Below are positions 1 to 12,984 of a stretch of 64,000 nucleotides of DNA, piece by piece. Source of the DNA: Octopus sinensis (lineage: Eukaryota); NCBI RefSeq assembly GCF_006345805.1, contig NC_043021.1, positions 5,394,001-5,458,000 on the forward strand, in the 5' to 3' direction. Positions within the stretch are counted from its first letter, which is position 1. Every line of letters begins with the position of its first letter. The notes beneath the pieces are model-generated. The model searched no databases. It had not been told where the DNA came from and saw nothing but the letters and a program-made list of their open reading frames with translations. The position numbers were made by a program, and so were the translations under genes.

Positions 1-2687
1 ATTAATATTTGTGCGTGTGTCTGTGTATATATATATCTGTGTGCATGTATATAAGTATATGTATGTATACATCTGTACATTATATAAGTATACACACATA
101 TATGTATAAGTGTGTGTGTAAAAAGGGGAGAGGTAGATACACGCTGTATGTTCGCGTAAGGGTATTAAGTTACAATATTTCAACTTGTATCTTTAACAAT
201 GCATGCGTATATATGGGCATATAGATGCATGTCACTCCTTAATACCTAAAACATGCTAATATCTACCTATAGTTTGTAAACTCTCTTACTTCAGATCCCT
301 CCCTCTGTCTGTCTTTCCCATGCACACACACACACACCTTTGGTTCTACAAGCGTTAAAAGAAATTATTCACGTACTCATACATATATCTGAATTCATAA
401 GTGAAAGTTAAAACATTTCACTTGGTCGTTTTTTGTTTTGTTTTTTGGTACCCTGAGAAAAGTCCTTGGAAATGTGAACTCAGAGTAGCAACCAAACTAA
501 GTTTTTATCTTCACACACACAGACACACACAAAGAGCAGAAGAGTACCTCTTTTTTCGTCGAGGTATTTCAAACAGGGAAATGACATGCTAACCTGAGCA
601 ATCACAATTAGATGTCAAAGATGTGTGTATATGTGTATGTACATCTATCTGTGTGTGTGTGTAGCTATGGCCAAGCGCATATATACACGCCAAAATTTAA
701 AAGGAAATGGAACCAGAAGTTCTGATTACGGCATCAGGAAATTAACTTTTAGTTATGAAACCTTGCCTCAAAACATTTTATTGCTCTTTCTCTCAGGTAC
801 ACATCAGTACAGCAGCGTATGTATGTGTGTGTGTATGTATGTATGTATGTATTTATTTATTTATTTGTGTGTGCATGCATGCACGTACACATATATCCAT
901 TGTTTACATGAAGGCTACATGTATGGACTGCCTGTGGCTTACAAGCTTCCTACACTGGGGTCCCTAGATACAACAACGTATATACGCACATATCGCTTGG
1001 GGAAACCCCCCCCCCAAAAAAAACCCATCAAATTAATTGAGGCATTTATCGTTCAAAATTTCATCCACAATTGTATAATAATGTAGAATAACGAAGGTAT
1101 AATGTAGTTTAACTGCGATAATTAAGAAAACTATGTCAACGAGCGAATGTATATATATCCGGATGGTTAGTAAGGTAGACTAATAACTGTAGTATTTACA
1201 TAGCTTGATTATTGGGTGGAAGGTCTATTGTTTTTTAATTAAATATCTTCTGATGCTAATTATAGATAATGGAAATTGTTGATCCGATTCATTCAGCGAA
1301 TGGTTAATACTCATTAGTTTGTAGTTTTTTTTTTTAATTTGAAATAATTAAATTATAGTTATATGTACGATATCACCATTCCTACACACCCACGATCGTC
1401 GGCGTGTGTGTAGGTATGTGTTTCTGAAATTAAGCTGGCTTCTAGCCTGACTATATCTTCTGTATATCTGTGTGTGTATACATACATACATACATACATA
1501 CATGTATATACATATGTGCATCCGTGTTCTCTGTTTATATGTACACACACACAGGTGAAAAACAAGGGTGGGGAATAGTACTCGAACAGCAAGGGTAGAG
1601 TAATATACTATTTTATCGAAGCTGGGGAAAAAATCACTAACAAATTGTGAAGTTCATTTCAATAAAGTTTATATATGTAAGTATGTGTGTGTGTAGATAT
1701 GTTTATATTTCTGTGTGCAAATAAAATTTCATATATGTATGCATATATAATTATTTTTAATCGGCAGAGTTTGTGACTCAAGGGTGAAGAGTTTCGTTCA
1801 TAGCACCTAACAAGCTCTGCGCGCTGTCAAGACAGCTGAGGCAAATAATCCCAAGGAATAGATTTCCTGCATACTAAATGTACACACTGTAACGTCTGTA
1901 TGAAATACAGTGAGTATACTATTGCAATTAGTCGATAGAATCTGTTCTGGTTGTTTAAAATAATAATTGAAAAATAAATAAAAGTAGGGGGAGATAACTG
2001 CAGCAAGATCAGTTGGGTGAAATGCAGGGAAATATCGACAATGTCAGTTGGAGAAGGTCTGGTTTTTGAAGCCAAATTCTGACAAGGGACATGTTTCTTT
2101 TTTATGAGACCTTCTCAGCGAAGCATATTTTATCTATTTGGCCTGACAAAGAGTGAAATATTTATGAAAGGTAGTTCTGATGACTGTGAATATCAGTATA
2201 GCTTCACTATATTACATCTCTCACTACCTCTCTCTCTCTCATATATAATATGAAGAAGAGAGTATATAAGATTTGAAAGTCCTCTTTGCATTTCCTCTTG
2301 TCCAATCTACTGGCATTACGTGTGATTTGACTGCTAAAATACTTGGGTACTTGCATAAGTACTTCTCAAGCCTGCCACCGTTCTAGCTGGGTCCCGAGAG
2401 ACCTGCATTTTTTTTTCTGGTGAAAGGAAGCAGGATTTGAACCGAGAATTCATCGAACCGAAACAAATAGCACAAGGCATCTCGATCGATGGTGTAATAG
2501 TCTGGCAGTGCACTTGCCCCAGACTTGTGTCATTACTTTACAATTCCGATTTGAAGGTAGAACGTAGAGCCGGGCATTCTACTGGACGCTCTAACGACTT
2601 AAACACAGACACACACGTTTAGGGTTGACTGTCGAACGGTGAATCTCGAAGTAAAATAATAACTCGTAAATGTTGGGTGGAAAAGTC

Positions 2688-2832
2688 GGATCTTTTCCTT
2701 TTGAACGGCATATGTCAACACAATTTCTAGTTAACTAAACACTTTTAAATTTCGTATACTGGTAGAATGTGTTTATAAAACATCATTTTTTTCTTGGCTT
2801 TATTGAGAAAATTCTATAGTTTGTAACATATT
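2688..2832 (+). mobile_element. Truncated left end of the Merlin-like MITE family
   Basis: Begins GGATCTTTTCCTTTTGAACGGCA and follows the same internal sequence as the full copies at 35274 and 45552; no right TIR. Confidence 0.7.
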
Positions 2833-4029
2833 TCCACTTTAAAATCGAATGCTACACGTCGGTCACAAATCTACGTGTAAACATGATAGGCGTCCTGTCA
2901 TTGTGTGTGTGTGTTTGGGTGGGTTGTTAAAAAATGCCGGATGCTTTTATCGGGTGTGTGTGTGTGAGAGAATGATAGAAAGCGAGTGAGCTCGTTAAAG
3001 AAAAGTCAAGACCCAATGTTGGCATGATTTGATGCTTATATTCGCTTCTTCTTTTTGTTTTTTGTTTTTGCTTTCTTCGCTTCCTTTCACTAAGACTAAC
3101 CCAGATAATAACTAACTTACCCTCCTTGTCGATCCCCATTCACAGTGTTGTGTTGCCTTACCCCCTCCCAGTTCTTTTCTCTTCCCTTCTCCATCCTAAT
3201 TTTTCTTCTGCTTCTTCTCATTATCACCGGAACGTTAAGGCCAAAAGATAACACACACACACACACACACATACAAGCACTCATCCCTATGCGCTCGCGC
3301 ACACACATTTGTTCCCCCCACCCTCAACACAGTATTCTCTAATTTGCTTTATGTTCTATAAGTTTGTTCAGAAAACTTTTTTCTCCGTTCGTATCTATGA
3401 ATATCTATTTACCTTGTGTGTGAAAAGATATCTCATCGGAAGGAGAATTTTTCTTTCTTTTTTCTCCCACCAATAACGTAAAAGTCCACACACAATTTAT
3501 CTCCAGATATTTAGGGCCTTTGTTTCAACGGCCATGTTTTGGGGATAAGTGCTTAGGACCACCAATATTTTGGTACTTTATCTTGTCGCTTCCGGAAGGA
3601 TTAAGAGTCGAAGTTGACCCACTCCCCTCCTATGGAGCAGTTGAACTCTGAACTTAAAGGGGACGTAACTAAATACCGCAATATTTGGCAAGGGGATTCC
3701 CATGGCTTGAAGTGGGTCCTTATTTGGTGGTATTGTTAGCGGTTGGTTGGCTTTTGGCTTTACTTTACTCTACTTTCTCTTCGGACATGAAAGTTGGGGT
3801 GGGGGGAGAAAAAGAGCATCGACTCCTGATGTGGTATAGTTGATGTTGGCGGTAATAATAGTAATAGAAATAGTAGTAGTTAGCATTGCTTTTTCTCCTC
3901 TTTTCGGACAACAGCTTCGGGGTGGTGGTCGTGGCGGAAGAGCCGAGAGATCGCTGAGGTACGTCGCTCTTTGCGATTCACTCTTTTAAGACGTCCTTGT
4001 TTAGAAGCTTATTGCACGTGTTATTTCTT

Positions 4030-4085
4030 TCTTTCTTTCTTTTTTCTTTTTCTTTCTTTCTTTCTTCTTTTTCTTTCTTTCTCTT

Positions 4086-4120
<35 letters not shown>

Positions 4121-4160
4121 CTCTCTCTTTCTTTCTCTCTTCTCTCTCTCTCTCTCTCTC
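4030..4160. repeat. (CTTT)n/(CT)n microsatellite
   Basis: Pure pyrimidine simple repeat. Confidence 0.95.
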
Positions 4161-4556
4161 ATCTTCAGTCTCTCCTTAGCATGACATGCCTTGTGTCTAT
4201 TAACAGTTTGTATTTCTCTACCCACCCCTACTTCTCTTCCACCCACCACTACAAACTATCTACAACAACCTACTACTTACTCTTCCTCTCCTCCTACTCC
4301 TACTACATTTCTCTAATCCCTCATCACCAAAACTGCCGCCAGAATATTTTCTAGAGAACAAAATAGATCTTCGAAAAGTCACAAATAGAATCCAGTGACT
4401 ATCCCTCCTCATTCATCACCACCGTTGTTGCTTTAGATAACTGTTCTTGTTTTGTACGTACATACATACATACGTGTGTTTGTGTGTGTTGAATTGGTGA
4501 CAATTTGGGGGTATACTAGCTCTGACTGTTTGCACTCAATCTGACTATAGCTGTGT

Positions 4557-4591
<35 letters not shown>

Positions 4592-4959
4592 AATTCTAAC
4601 AGATGTACGCCAACACACACACATAGTTACATATTATTATCTGAACTCGAAATCAGCAAACTCGGTTATTTTTGGACTCCTGTTAAGCAAGGAATTGCTT
4701 GGAAGTTAAGAAAACTTGCTAATTGTCTCAGCTAAACTTTGCAACCGTCCTGTCTTTGTGTTGTGTGTGTGTGCACCTGCATATAGATGGTAGGTATTGA
4801 ATGTTTATGTATATAATTTTTAAGCAACACTTAAAAATAGAGTAGTAGTTGTGTAGTCACAATATAGCAGTATTAATAATAATAATAATGATGGTGATGA
4901 TAGTAATAATTCTTTCTTCTATAGGGCACAAAGCCTGAAATTTTTTTGGATGGAAGGGG

Positions 4960-5645
4960 ATAAGTTGATTACATTGACTCCAGTGCGTAACTGGTATCTA
5001 TTACATTGACCCTCTGAGGATGAAAGGCAAAGTTGACCTCAGCGAAATTTGAAATCAGAACGTTTAGACAGATTAAATACCTATTTCTTTACTACCCACA
5101 AGGGGCTAAACACAGAGAGGACAAACGGATTAAGTCGATTATATCAACCCCAGTGCGTGACTGGTACTTAATTTATTGACCCCCGAAAGGATGAAAGGCA
5201 AAGTCGACCTCGGCGGAAATACCGCTAAGCATTTTGCCCGGTGTGCTAACAATTCTGCCAATAATTTTTTCAGCTGTTGGCACAAAGCCTGAAATTTAAA
5301 GGGAGTGAGTCTAGTTGATTACATCAATCCTTTGCTTTATTGACCTCAAAAGAAGAAAGGCAAAGTTGGACCTTGGCAGAATTTGAACTCAGAATACAAA
5401 AATGGATGAAATACTTATTTCTTTACTACCCACAAGGGGCTAAACACAGAGAGGACAAACAAGGACAGACAAACGGATTAAGTCGATTATATCAACCCCA
5501 GTGCGTGACTGGTACTTAATTTATTGACCCCCGAAAGGCTGAAAGGCAAATTCGACCTCGGCGGAATTTGAACTCAGAACGTAGCGGCAGACGAAATACC
5601 GCTAAGCACTTCGCCTGGCGTGTTAACGTTGCTGCCAGCTCGCCG
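4960..5645 (-). mobile_element. SINE family A, degenerate multimer (about 3 body units)
   Basis: Repeated reverse-complement blocks GAAAGGATGAAAGGCAAAGTCGACCTCGGCGGAATTTGAACTCAGAAC; head CTCGCC near 5640. Confidence 0.8.
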
Positions 5646-5924
5646 AAATAATGGATGAAATACTGCTAAGCATTTTGTCTGGCTCTGCCAGCTTGCCATC
5701 CTAATAATAATAATAATAATAATGGTTACAGGTTTTGGCATAAGGCCAGCAGTTTTGGGATGCATAAGTTGATTAGATCACTCCCCCCTCCTCCACCAGT
5801 GCTTGACTGGTTCTTATTTTATTGACCTCAAAATGATGAAGGCAAAGTCGACCTTGGCATAATAATAATAATAATAATACACTACTCCTTTCCTACCTCT
5901 TGCATCATGCTCCAAACTATGGAA

Positions 5925-6075
5925 CAAAATTAAAGACATAATTTGTGAGTGATACAATATTTGTTATTCGTAACATGTTGGACTGGATATGCCACAAAGT
6001 TCAAAGACAACAGGTGGACTTGTGCAGTTGTTGAGTGGTATGCAATGGATTGGAAAGGTCCCTTGGAAGGGGCCT
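5925..6075 (+). mobile_element. Degenerate RTE-clade LINE 3' ORF fragment
   Basis: From 5979 it translates WTGYATKFKDNRWTCAVVEWYAMDWK, resembling the RTE C-terminal WAGHVAR..DNRWT..V.EW.P..KRP.GRP motif. Confidence 0.6.
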
Positions 6076-6126
6076 ATGATAATGAGATGATGATTTCAAT
6101 GATTTAGACCAAGACTAGCATTATGT

Positions 6127-6153
6127 CCCGGCAACACCGGGTCATAGTGCTAG
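6127..6153 (+). mobile_element. Orphan Helitron-like 3' terminus
   Basis: Hairpin CCCGG-CAACA-CCGGG, 8 nt, then CTAG|T; same architecture as the ends at 57457-57484 and 57812-57839. Confidence 0.6.
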
Positions 6154-6559
6154 TGCATGCATATACAGCTGCGTGCGTGCGCACATACATGCGAGTACTT
6201 TCCAAATCTCCGACCAATCACATGCAGCTAGCTGGCATTCAATTGGCGTATTAAGTTTTGGGCATTTTGATTGGGTTTTGGATAGAAACTTCACAAAAAG
6301 TCACTTTTATTGATTTTTTTTTTAATGGCTTTGCGGGGTGACTGGGGAAATGTAAAGATGTGCACGACCACCCTTGGATGGTTTTGAATGACCATAGAAA
6401 GTGCGAGCGCTCTAACTGAAAAATTGTGGATTTGTATAAAGGACACACACACAGATACAGACATTTTGCTGTTTATATATAGAGAGATGAAGAATTGAAA
6501 GCAGATTGACCAGCGATGTACAACAATATCCGTTAGCTTGGCCTGGCTGATATGGATGG

Positions 6560-7450
6560 TACTGTTCGTAAGACTGATAATTTTTAAGGTTATTTCCTGT
6601 GTGCCCTTAGTGTTTATATCTCCTGTATATCTTCAGTATTCAAGCTCTACTTTCTCCGTTAACCTTCCTGTGATTCCACTGCACCTCTTCTGTACACATA
6701 CCTCTTGCACTAGGGTTACACCGCATGGAATTTCTGCCTACACCTTTCCTATATATGAAGCTGAATCATTTACCTGTGGGTAGTGGATCCTATCTGTTTT
6801 CCTGCTTACTATAAAGACTTTGGTCTTTGCTAAGTTAACTTCAAGGCCTTTTGATTCCAGATTTTGCTTCCATGCCTAGAATTTCTTTTCTAATTCTATT
6901 ACTGATTCTACTATGAGAATGAGAGGTCATCAGCATATGGTAGTTCCCAAGGGCAACCAGTCTTAAATTCCTCTGTTATGGTTTGGAGGACAATGATAAA
7001 TAAGAGGGGACTGAGAACCAATTCCTGCTGAACTTCTACTTCTACTCTAAATTCATTTCTATGTCTAAATCTCACCCTACTGAAAGCACCTTTGTACATG
7101 GCTTGTATGACTTTCACAAACCCTTTGTCTGCCCCTAGCTTCCTCAGTGATCATCAGATCACAGAATTTGGACCTACCAAAAGCTTTCTCTCGGTCAACA
7201 AATGCCAAGTACAATGGCTTACTTTTAGCTAAATACTTCTCTTGCAGTTGTCTTACTAAGATGGCATATCAGTAGTACTGCTCTCTGGCACAAAACCATA
7301 TTGCATCTTATCTAGTCTAATTCTGTTCCTAATTAGATGGGTTGTAACTCCATAATTTTAATGGCCTGGTCCAGCAATTTGATACTTCAGTAAATTGCTT
7401 CTGAGTAAGGCATCTTTTTTACTCTTGGAACATCTGATGATAATACTGTT
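6560..7450 (-). mobile_element. Dead RTE-clade LINE reverse transcriptase fragment
   Basis: Minus-strand translation gives MQYGFVP, RQLQEKYLAKSKPLYLAFVDREKAF, VLSPLLFIIVL..GCPWELPYADDL and GLEVNLAKTKV, with frameshifts and stops. Confidence 0.9.
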
Positions 7451-7993
7451 ACACCTGTCATTTTAAATTAAGCATGGTATATATATATTCTTTGATTTAT
7501 TTAGTCTTTTACTGGTTATTGGAATTGAGGCCCTGCCTTCAAGGGTGTATCAACCCCTTTTATTATCTCTATGTTTGGTACTTATTTTATCAATGTGTTT
7601 TTGTTGTACTGCTTTGTTGTGGTTCATCAATAACATTACTGGTTTTGAGCTGCATAAACATAAACACAGTCTCTCTCTCTCTCTCTCTCTCTCACACCAC
7701 ACATGCACACACACACACACGTGAGCGCGCAAGATCATTGTTTAACATCCACTTTCCCATGCTCATGTGGATTGGTCAGAATATGTTGACAGATTTTGTA
7801 TGGCTGGATGCCCTTCTTATTGCCAACTCTCACCTGCTTTCAAGGCAGGTAATGTTTCCCCATGGCCAGACATGTTTTCACGGAATATTGGAAATGAAAG
7901 ACAGTTTGCATTATGGTAACACTTATCTACAACTATTATGCAATACCAAGACATAGAGACAGTAACACACACACACCTTATATATATATATAT

Positions 7994-8185
7994 ACCGGAG
8001 TAAACACATAAATGTGAAACAAGGTGGAAAAAAGAGTACTCAAATACCAGTGGTAGAGTAATATGCTATATTTAAAGCAGCAGAAAATTCAACAAAACCT
8101 GTTACTCTGAGTTTCACGTTGCTGTTCATCGGTAACGTGAAACTCAGAGTAACAGGTTTTGTTGAATTTTCTGCTGCTTTAAATA
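7994..8185. mobile_element. Penelope-like terminal-repeat remnant with perfect 52-bp fold-back
   Basis: Arms 8069-8120 and 8134-8185 are exact reverse complements around a 13-nt loop; flanked by (TA)n; contains a hammerhead core. Confidence 0.7.
8098..8132 (-). ncRNA. 5'-truncated minimal hammerhead ribozyme motif (U4C core)
   Basis: CCGAUGA-ACA GCAA CGU-GAA-ACUC A GAGU-A-ACAGG; the stem I 5' arm is removed by the inversion. Confidence 0.55.
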
Positions 8186-9281
8186 AAGTATGTGTGTGTG
8201 CATATATATATATATGTATATATGTACGTACACACACATAATGGGCATTTTTCAGTTTCCATCTCCCAAATCACAAGGCTTTGGTTGGCCCAAGGCTAGA
8301 ATAGAAGAGACTTGCCCAAGGTGCGATGCAGTGGGACTGAACCCAGAACCATCTTTTTGGAAAGTAAGCTTCTTACCACACAGTCACGCCTGTGCTACGT
8401 ATATTTAGATAGATGGACAGGTAGGTAGATAGATAGATAAAGATTGGTAGACTACAGCAAAAGAGGTTTTGTGGTGGTCGAGACAGAAAAGACTGCAGAC
8501 AGGCATTTTCCTCTTTAAGGGAAATATAGATGAAGAAGGAAAATAAATTGAAGAGAAAGAGAGAGAGAGAGAGAGAATGAGGATAATAACAGACTGAAGA
8601 GAAAATGGGCTAGTGATTAAGAGAAATAGACTGAGGGATATTATAGTGATGAAGACAGACAGGAGTAATAAATTAATGACTTTTGCATAATTACTTTTAA
8701 TTTCGCTCATCCGGTTTTCATGGCGCAGTGTAGAATTTCTGTAAATAGATCATTTCCCAATAAAATCCTAGTTTTTTAAGACTCTGAACATCCTCGTTAG
8801 ACATGAACGTTTAAAAAAAAATATTTGTAGCTTCAGCATGTTTTAAACAGTTTGATCTCTGATAGTCAGCTGGTTTCTTATTCCATGGATGCGTAAACTG
8901 TACCAGACAGGATTAAAGTGCTTATCTTTTTGGCGACTGATGCATCCAAGAATAAGACACTTGATCACTCTTTGAGATCAAACCAATTGAAATGTTTATA
9001 TTTTCAGCCCTTCACACCCCAATGGAGCATAGGCAAGTTTTCTCCACTGTTCTCAATTGGGGATGGAAGGCCTTCCTCTCTCAAGACTTGTTGGTTTTGA
9101 ATTGTTATCAACGGTTCTGATTTTTGCCAGCCAAGTGAAATGGAAAGTGTCTTGCTCAAGGACACACTGCACCACTGGCAATTGAACTCATAACCTTGCA
9201 ACCGTGAGACGAATACCCTATCCACTATGACATTCACTTTTGCGTGTGTGTGTGTGTTTGTGTGTGGTTATACTGTTGTAA

Positions 9282-9501
9282 AGGTGGCGAGCTGGCAGAA
9301 ACGTTAGCGCGCCGGGTGAAATGCTTAGCGGTATTTCGTCTGTCGTTATGTTCTGAGTTCAAATTCCGCTGAAGTCGACTTTGCCTTTCATCTTTTTGGG
9401 GTCGATAAATAAAGTACCAGTTTCGCACAGGGGGTCGATGTAATCGACTTAATCCGTTTATCTGTCCTTGTTTGTCTCCTCTATGGGGCAGTAAAGAAAT
9501 A
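9282..9501 (+). mobile_element. SINE family A monomer with 13-bp TSD
   Basis: Head AGGTGGCGAGCTGGCAGAAACGTTAGC, B box GAGTTCAAATTC, end AAAGAAATA; TSD TATACTGTTGTAA at 9269-9281 and 9502-9514. Confidence 0.92.
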
Positions 9502-10015
9502 TATACTGTTGTAACCTAGTTGGCTTATAGGAATCTATTGTGCATATAGTTATAGTTACTAGTGATAACTAACTCGCTTATATAGTACATTGACACAATT
9601 TTTAACAACATTTTTTAAGACTAAACATATAATTGACAGCTCTCCAGCTGAAGACTTTTCTACTCCACTGCACTCCACCAATTCCATCACCTTACCTTCT
9701 CACTACAATAGACCATCTATGTATCTTGGCTGAGTAAAAATAGATATTGTCATTTTTATGTAAGAAGTTTGCTCCCCAACCACGTAGTTCTGGGTTCAGT
9801 TCCACTGCATGGTACCCTGGGCGAGGATCTTCTACTATAGCCTTGAGCCGACCAAAGCCATGTGAGTGGATTTAGTAGATGGATACAGGTACTACTACCC
9901 TGTCAACAGTTAGTTATCACTAGTAACTATAACTATATGCAAAAGATTCCTATAAGCCAACTAGGTTACAACAGTATAACCACACACACACACACACACA
10001 CAAATATATATATAT

Positions 10016-10375
10016 ATCAGCCGAAATTGCGAGGATGATCCGGTTCTTGACTGAAGATTAAAGGCTTCGAATGACCCATCCGTGTTTTTTGTATCGTCTA
10101 TTTGGATGTTTTGCGTTCTTGTCCCATTTTGTATTTTATATATACATATATAAATATATATATATATATGTAAAGTTAATCCAAACATGAAAACACAAAG
10201 AGAAAACACAACAACGCGAGGATGTGGAACAAATATAGTATTATTGGACGCTCAGGAAGGAAGGGAAGAAGGAGGGTTTAACGTTTCGAGTGGAGCTCTT
10301 CGTCGGAAACATAGGAGAAGTAAAGATCCAGAGAAGGGAAGACAGAGGAAAAAAATCGTCAACGGTACATATGCG
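10016..10375. mobile_element. Penelope-like terminal-repeat remnants embedded in (TA)n
   Basis: 10170-10370 is the reverse complement of 53155-53340 and carries a hammerhead fold. Confidence 0.7.
10276..10310 (-). ncRNA. Minimal type I hammerhead ribozyme motif (U4C core)
   Basis: GUUU-CCGACGA-A-GAGC UCC ACUC-GAA-ACGU-U-AAAC; palindromic stem III; one mismatch in stem II. Confidence 0.6.
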
Positions 10376-11013
10376 GGTCTTTTTGTATCTGTGTTTGTCC
10401 CTTACCACTGTGTGACAACTGGCATTGGTGTGTTTACATCCCTGTAACTTAGCAGTTCATCAAAGGAGACTGTTAGAATGAGTGCCAGGCTTAAGAAAAG
10501 TAAGTACTGGGGTTGGTTCATTTGACTAAAAATTCTTCAAGGCGGTGCCCCAGGATGGCTACTGTCTAATGACTGAAACAAATGAAAGATAAAAGATATT
10601 TAGGGGTGATGAAAAGCGGCGAGCTCGCAAAATGTTAGGATGCTGGGCTAAATATTTGGTGGCATTTTGTCTATCTTTACGTTCTGAGTTCAAATTCTAC
10701 TTAGGTCACCTTTGCCTTTCATCTTTTAGGGATTGATAAAATAAGTACCAGTTATACACTGGGGTCAATGTAATTGACTAGTCCCCCTCTCCCAAAATTT
10801 CAGGCCTTGTGTCTATAGTAGAAAGGGTATTTAGCAATGCTGCTGGCTGTCGTTTAGCCACAGGTCAGCCTGAATTGAGAAGACCTGTCTATGATCAAAG
10901 GTTTTCTAGCCATGACCATCCAATCTTTTCAGAAATAGTGTATTTCAGATGGCCTCATCCAATGAGTCCTTTGTTTCATATTAAGTTTTGCATTCATTTT
11001 CCATGTTTGCATG

Positions 11014-11049
<36 letters not shown>

Positions 11050-12409
11050 CACACGCACATGTACATTCGCAAACACACATGCATGCATGCATGCACACAC
11101 ACACACATGTATGCAGCAGTTTTGTTTTCAGTTGCCATCTGCCAAGTCCACTGACAAAGCTTTTGGTCAGTCCTGGCCGTAGTAGAACACACTTGCCCAA
11201 AGTGCCACGCAGTGGGACTGAACCCGGAACCACATGGTTTGCAAAGTGATCTTCTTAACCACACAGCCATACCTGCACCTATATTCAAATACAATCATGA
11301 TATCATTGCTAATTGGGAATTACTAATGATGATAACATTTGTTTTTGTTGTTTATTCCCAGATCACTTCTGATCCAGCAGAGCTAAATTATCTCCCCCTT
11401 TTTCTGTCACTCTTTTTTTCCTTTTCCATTCTCTTTGAAGCCTTTTCTCATTTTTATTCCACTTCACAAGTTCTTTCTTTGCCATCATTCTCTCTCTGTT
11501 CTCTTATATTCTCTTTCTTTCACTCTCTTTATCTCTCACTCTTCCTTTCAATCTCTCTCACTTCTTGCACTCTCTTTCTATTGCTCTTATTAGCTTTCTC
11601 TTTATTCCCCCTCTTTTCTCTCCCACCATTCCCCCTCTTTTCTCTCCCACCATTTCTCCCCTTTTCTCTGTCCGATTTTCTTTCGTTTGTTTCTCTCTGT
11701 TGTTTTTGCTTTCCCTTACTCCCTAATACTTAGAAAGTTTGGACACCACCCAAGGAAAACAGCAACAACAATAGATGAATATTAATAAAAATAAAACACG
11801 CATATTCATCCTTTATATTATTTTATATTATTTTTATGTCTATTTGTATTTTATTGCACTTTTCACAACGTTTACACAATACTTTTATGCCCTTACACTC
11901 TCTCTTTCAACCTGTAATAGATTAAATAAATTGAAAAGTATGGGAAGTAAATGGTCTCATATTTAAGCGATGAATAATAATTGTAATAATAATGATTTCA
12001 AATTTTGGCACGAGGCCAGCAACTTTGGAGGAGGGAATAAGTTGATTACATTAACCTCTGTGCTCAACTGGTGCTTATTTTATTGACCCGGAAACGATGA
12101 AAAGCAAAGTGAACCTGAGCAGAATTTGAACTCAGAATGTAGAGATGGACAAAATGCTACTTTGCATTATGTCCAGTATACTAATGAGTCTGAATGATGA
12201 TAACAATGATAATAATAATAATGATAATAATAAGAGTACGACAACAAGCCACAGCACATACGCGAGGCACACACAGCTGCACTCAGTATTGCAGTGAAAG
12301 CATGTGATAAAAATAAGGCTACTGAATAATAATAATGATAATAATAATGATAATGATGATAATAATATTAATGATATAATAATAATAATGATAATAATAA
12401 TAATAATCA

Positions 12410-12560
12410 TAATTTGGTGTGAGGAAGGGCATCCAGTCGTAGAAACATTGCCAGATCAGACTGGGCCTGATGCAGCCTTCTGGCTTCACAGACCCCAGTT
12501 GAACCGTCCAACCCATGCTAACATGGAAAGCGGACGCTAAACGATGATGATGATGATAAT
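12410..12560 (+). mobile_element. Family C SINE-like repeat, 3' part with (GAT)n tail
   Basis: AGGAAGGGCATCCAG...CCCATGCTAACATGGAAAGCGGACGCTAAACGATGATGATG. Confidence 0.8.
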
Positions 12561-12984
12561 TTCTACTATAGCCACAGGGCTGGAAAATTTGGGGTAGGGG
12601 CCAAGTTGATTACATTGACTCCAGTGCTCAACTGGTACTTATTTTATCAACCCCAAAAGGATGAAAGGCAAAGTCAACGTCAGTAGCATTTGAACTCAGA
12701 AGATAGGATTCCATAAAATACCGCTTGGCATCTTGTCCCCTGGTTCCAACAGTTCTGTCAGCTCATCTCCAATAATATCATTTAACATCTATTTTCCATG
12801 CTGGTATGGGTTTGGTGAGTTGACAGGATCCAGCTAGCTCTAGGGCTCTGTTGAGCTCCAGTGTCTGCTTTGGCATGGATTCTATGCCTTATGGCCCTTC
12901 CTAACACTAACAACTTGGCATGAAAAAAAATACAAACTTTTTTCATACCAGAAGTGATTTCTTCTCATCTGGTATCTGACTAGA

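Noticed and set aside
1768-1909. AG...GTGAGT bounded block as a coding exon
   Set aside because: Stops in all three frames and a weak acceptor; a non-coding exon cannot be excluded.
10040-10080. CTGAAGA core-like motif
   Set aside because: No stem II or GAAA arrangement follows it.
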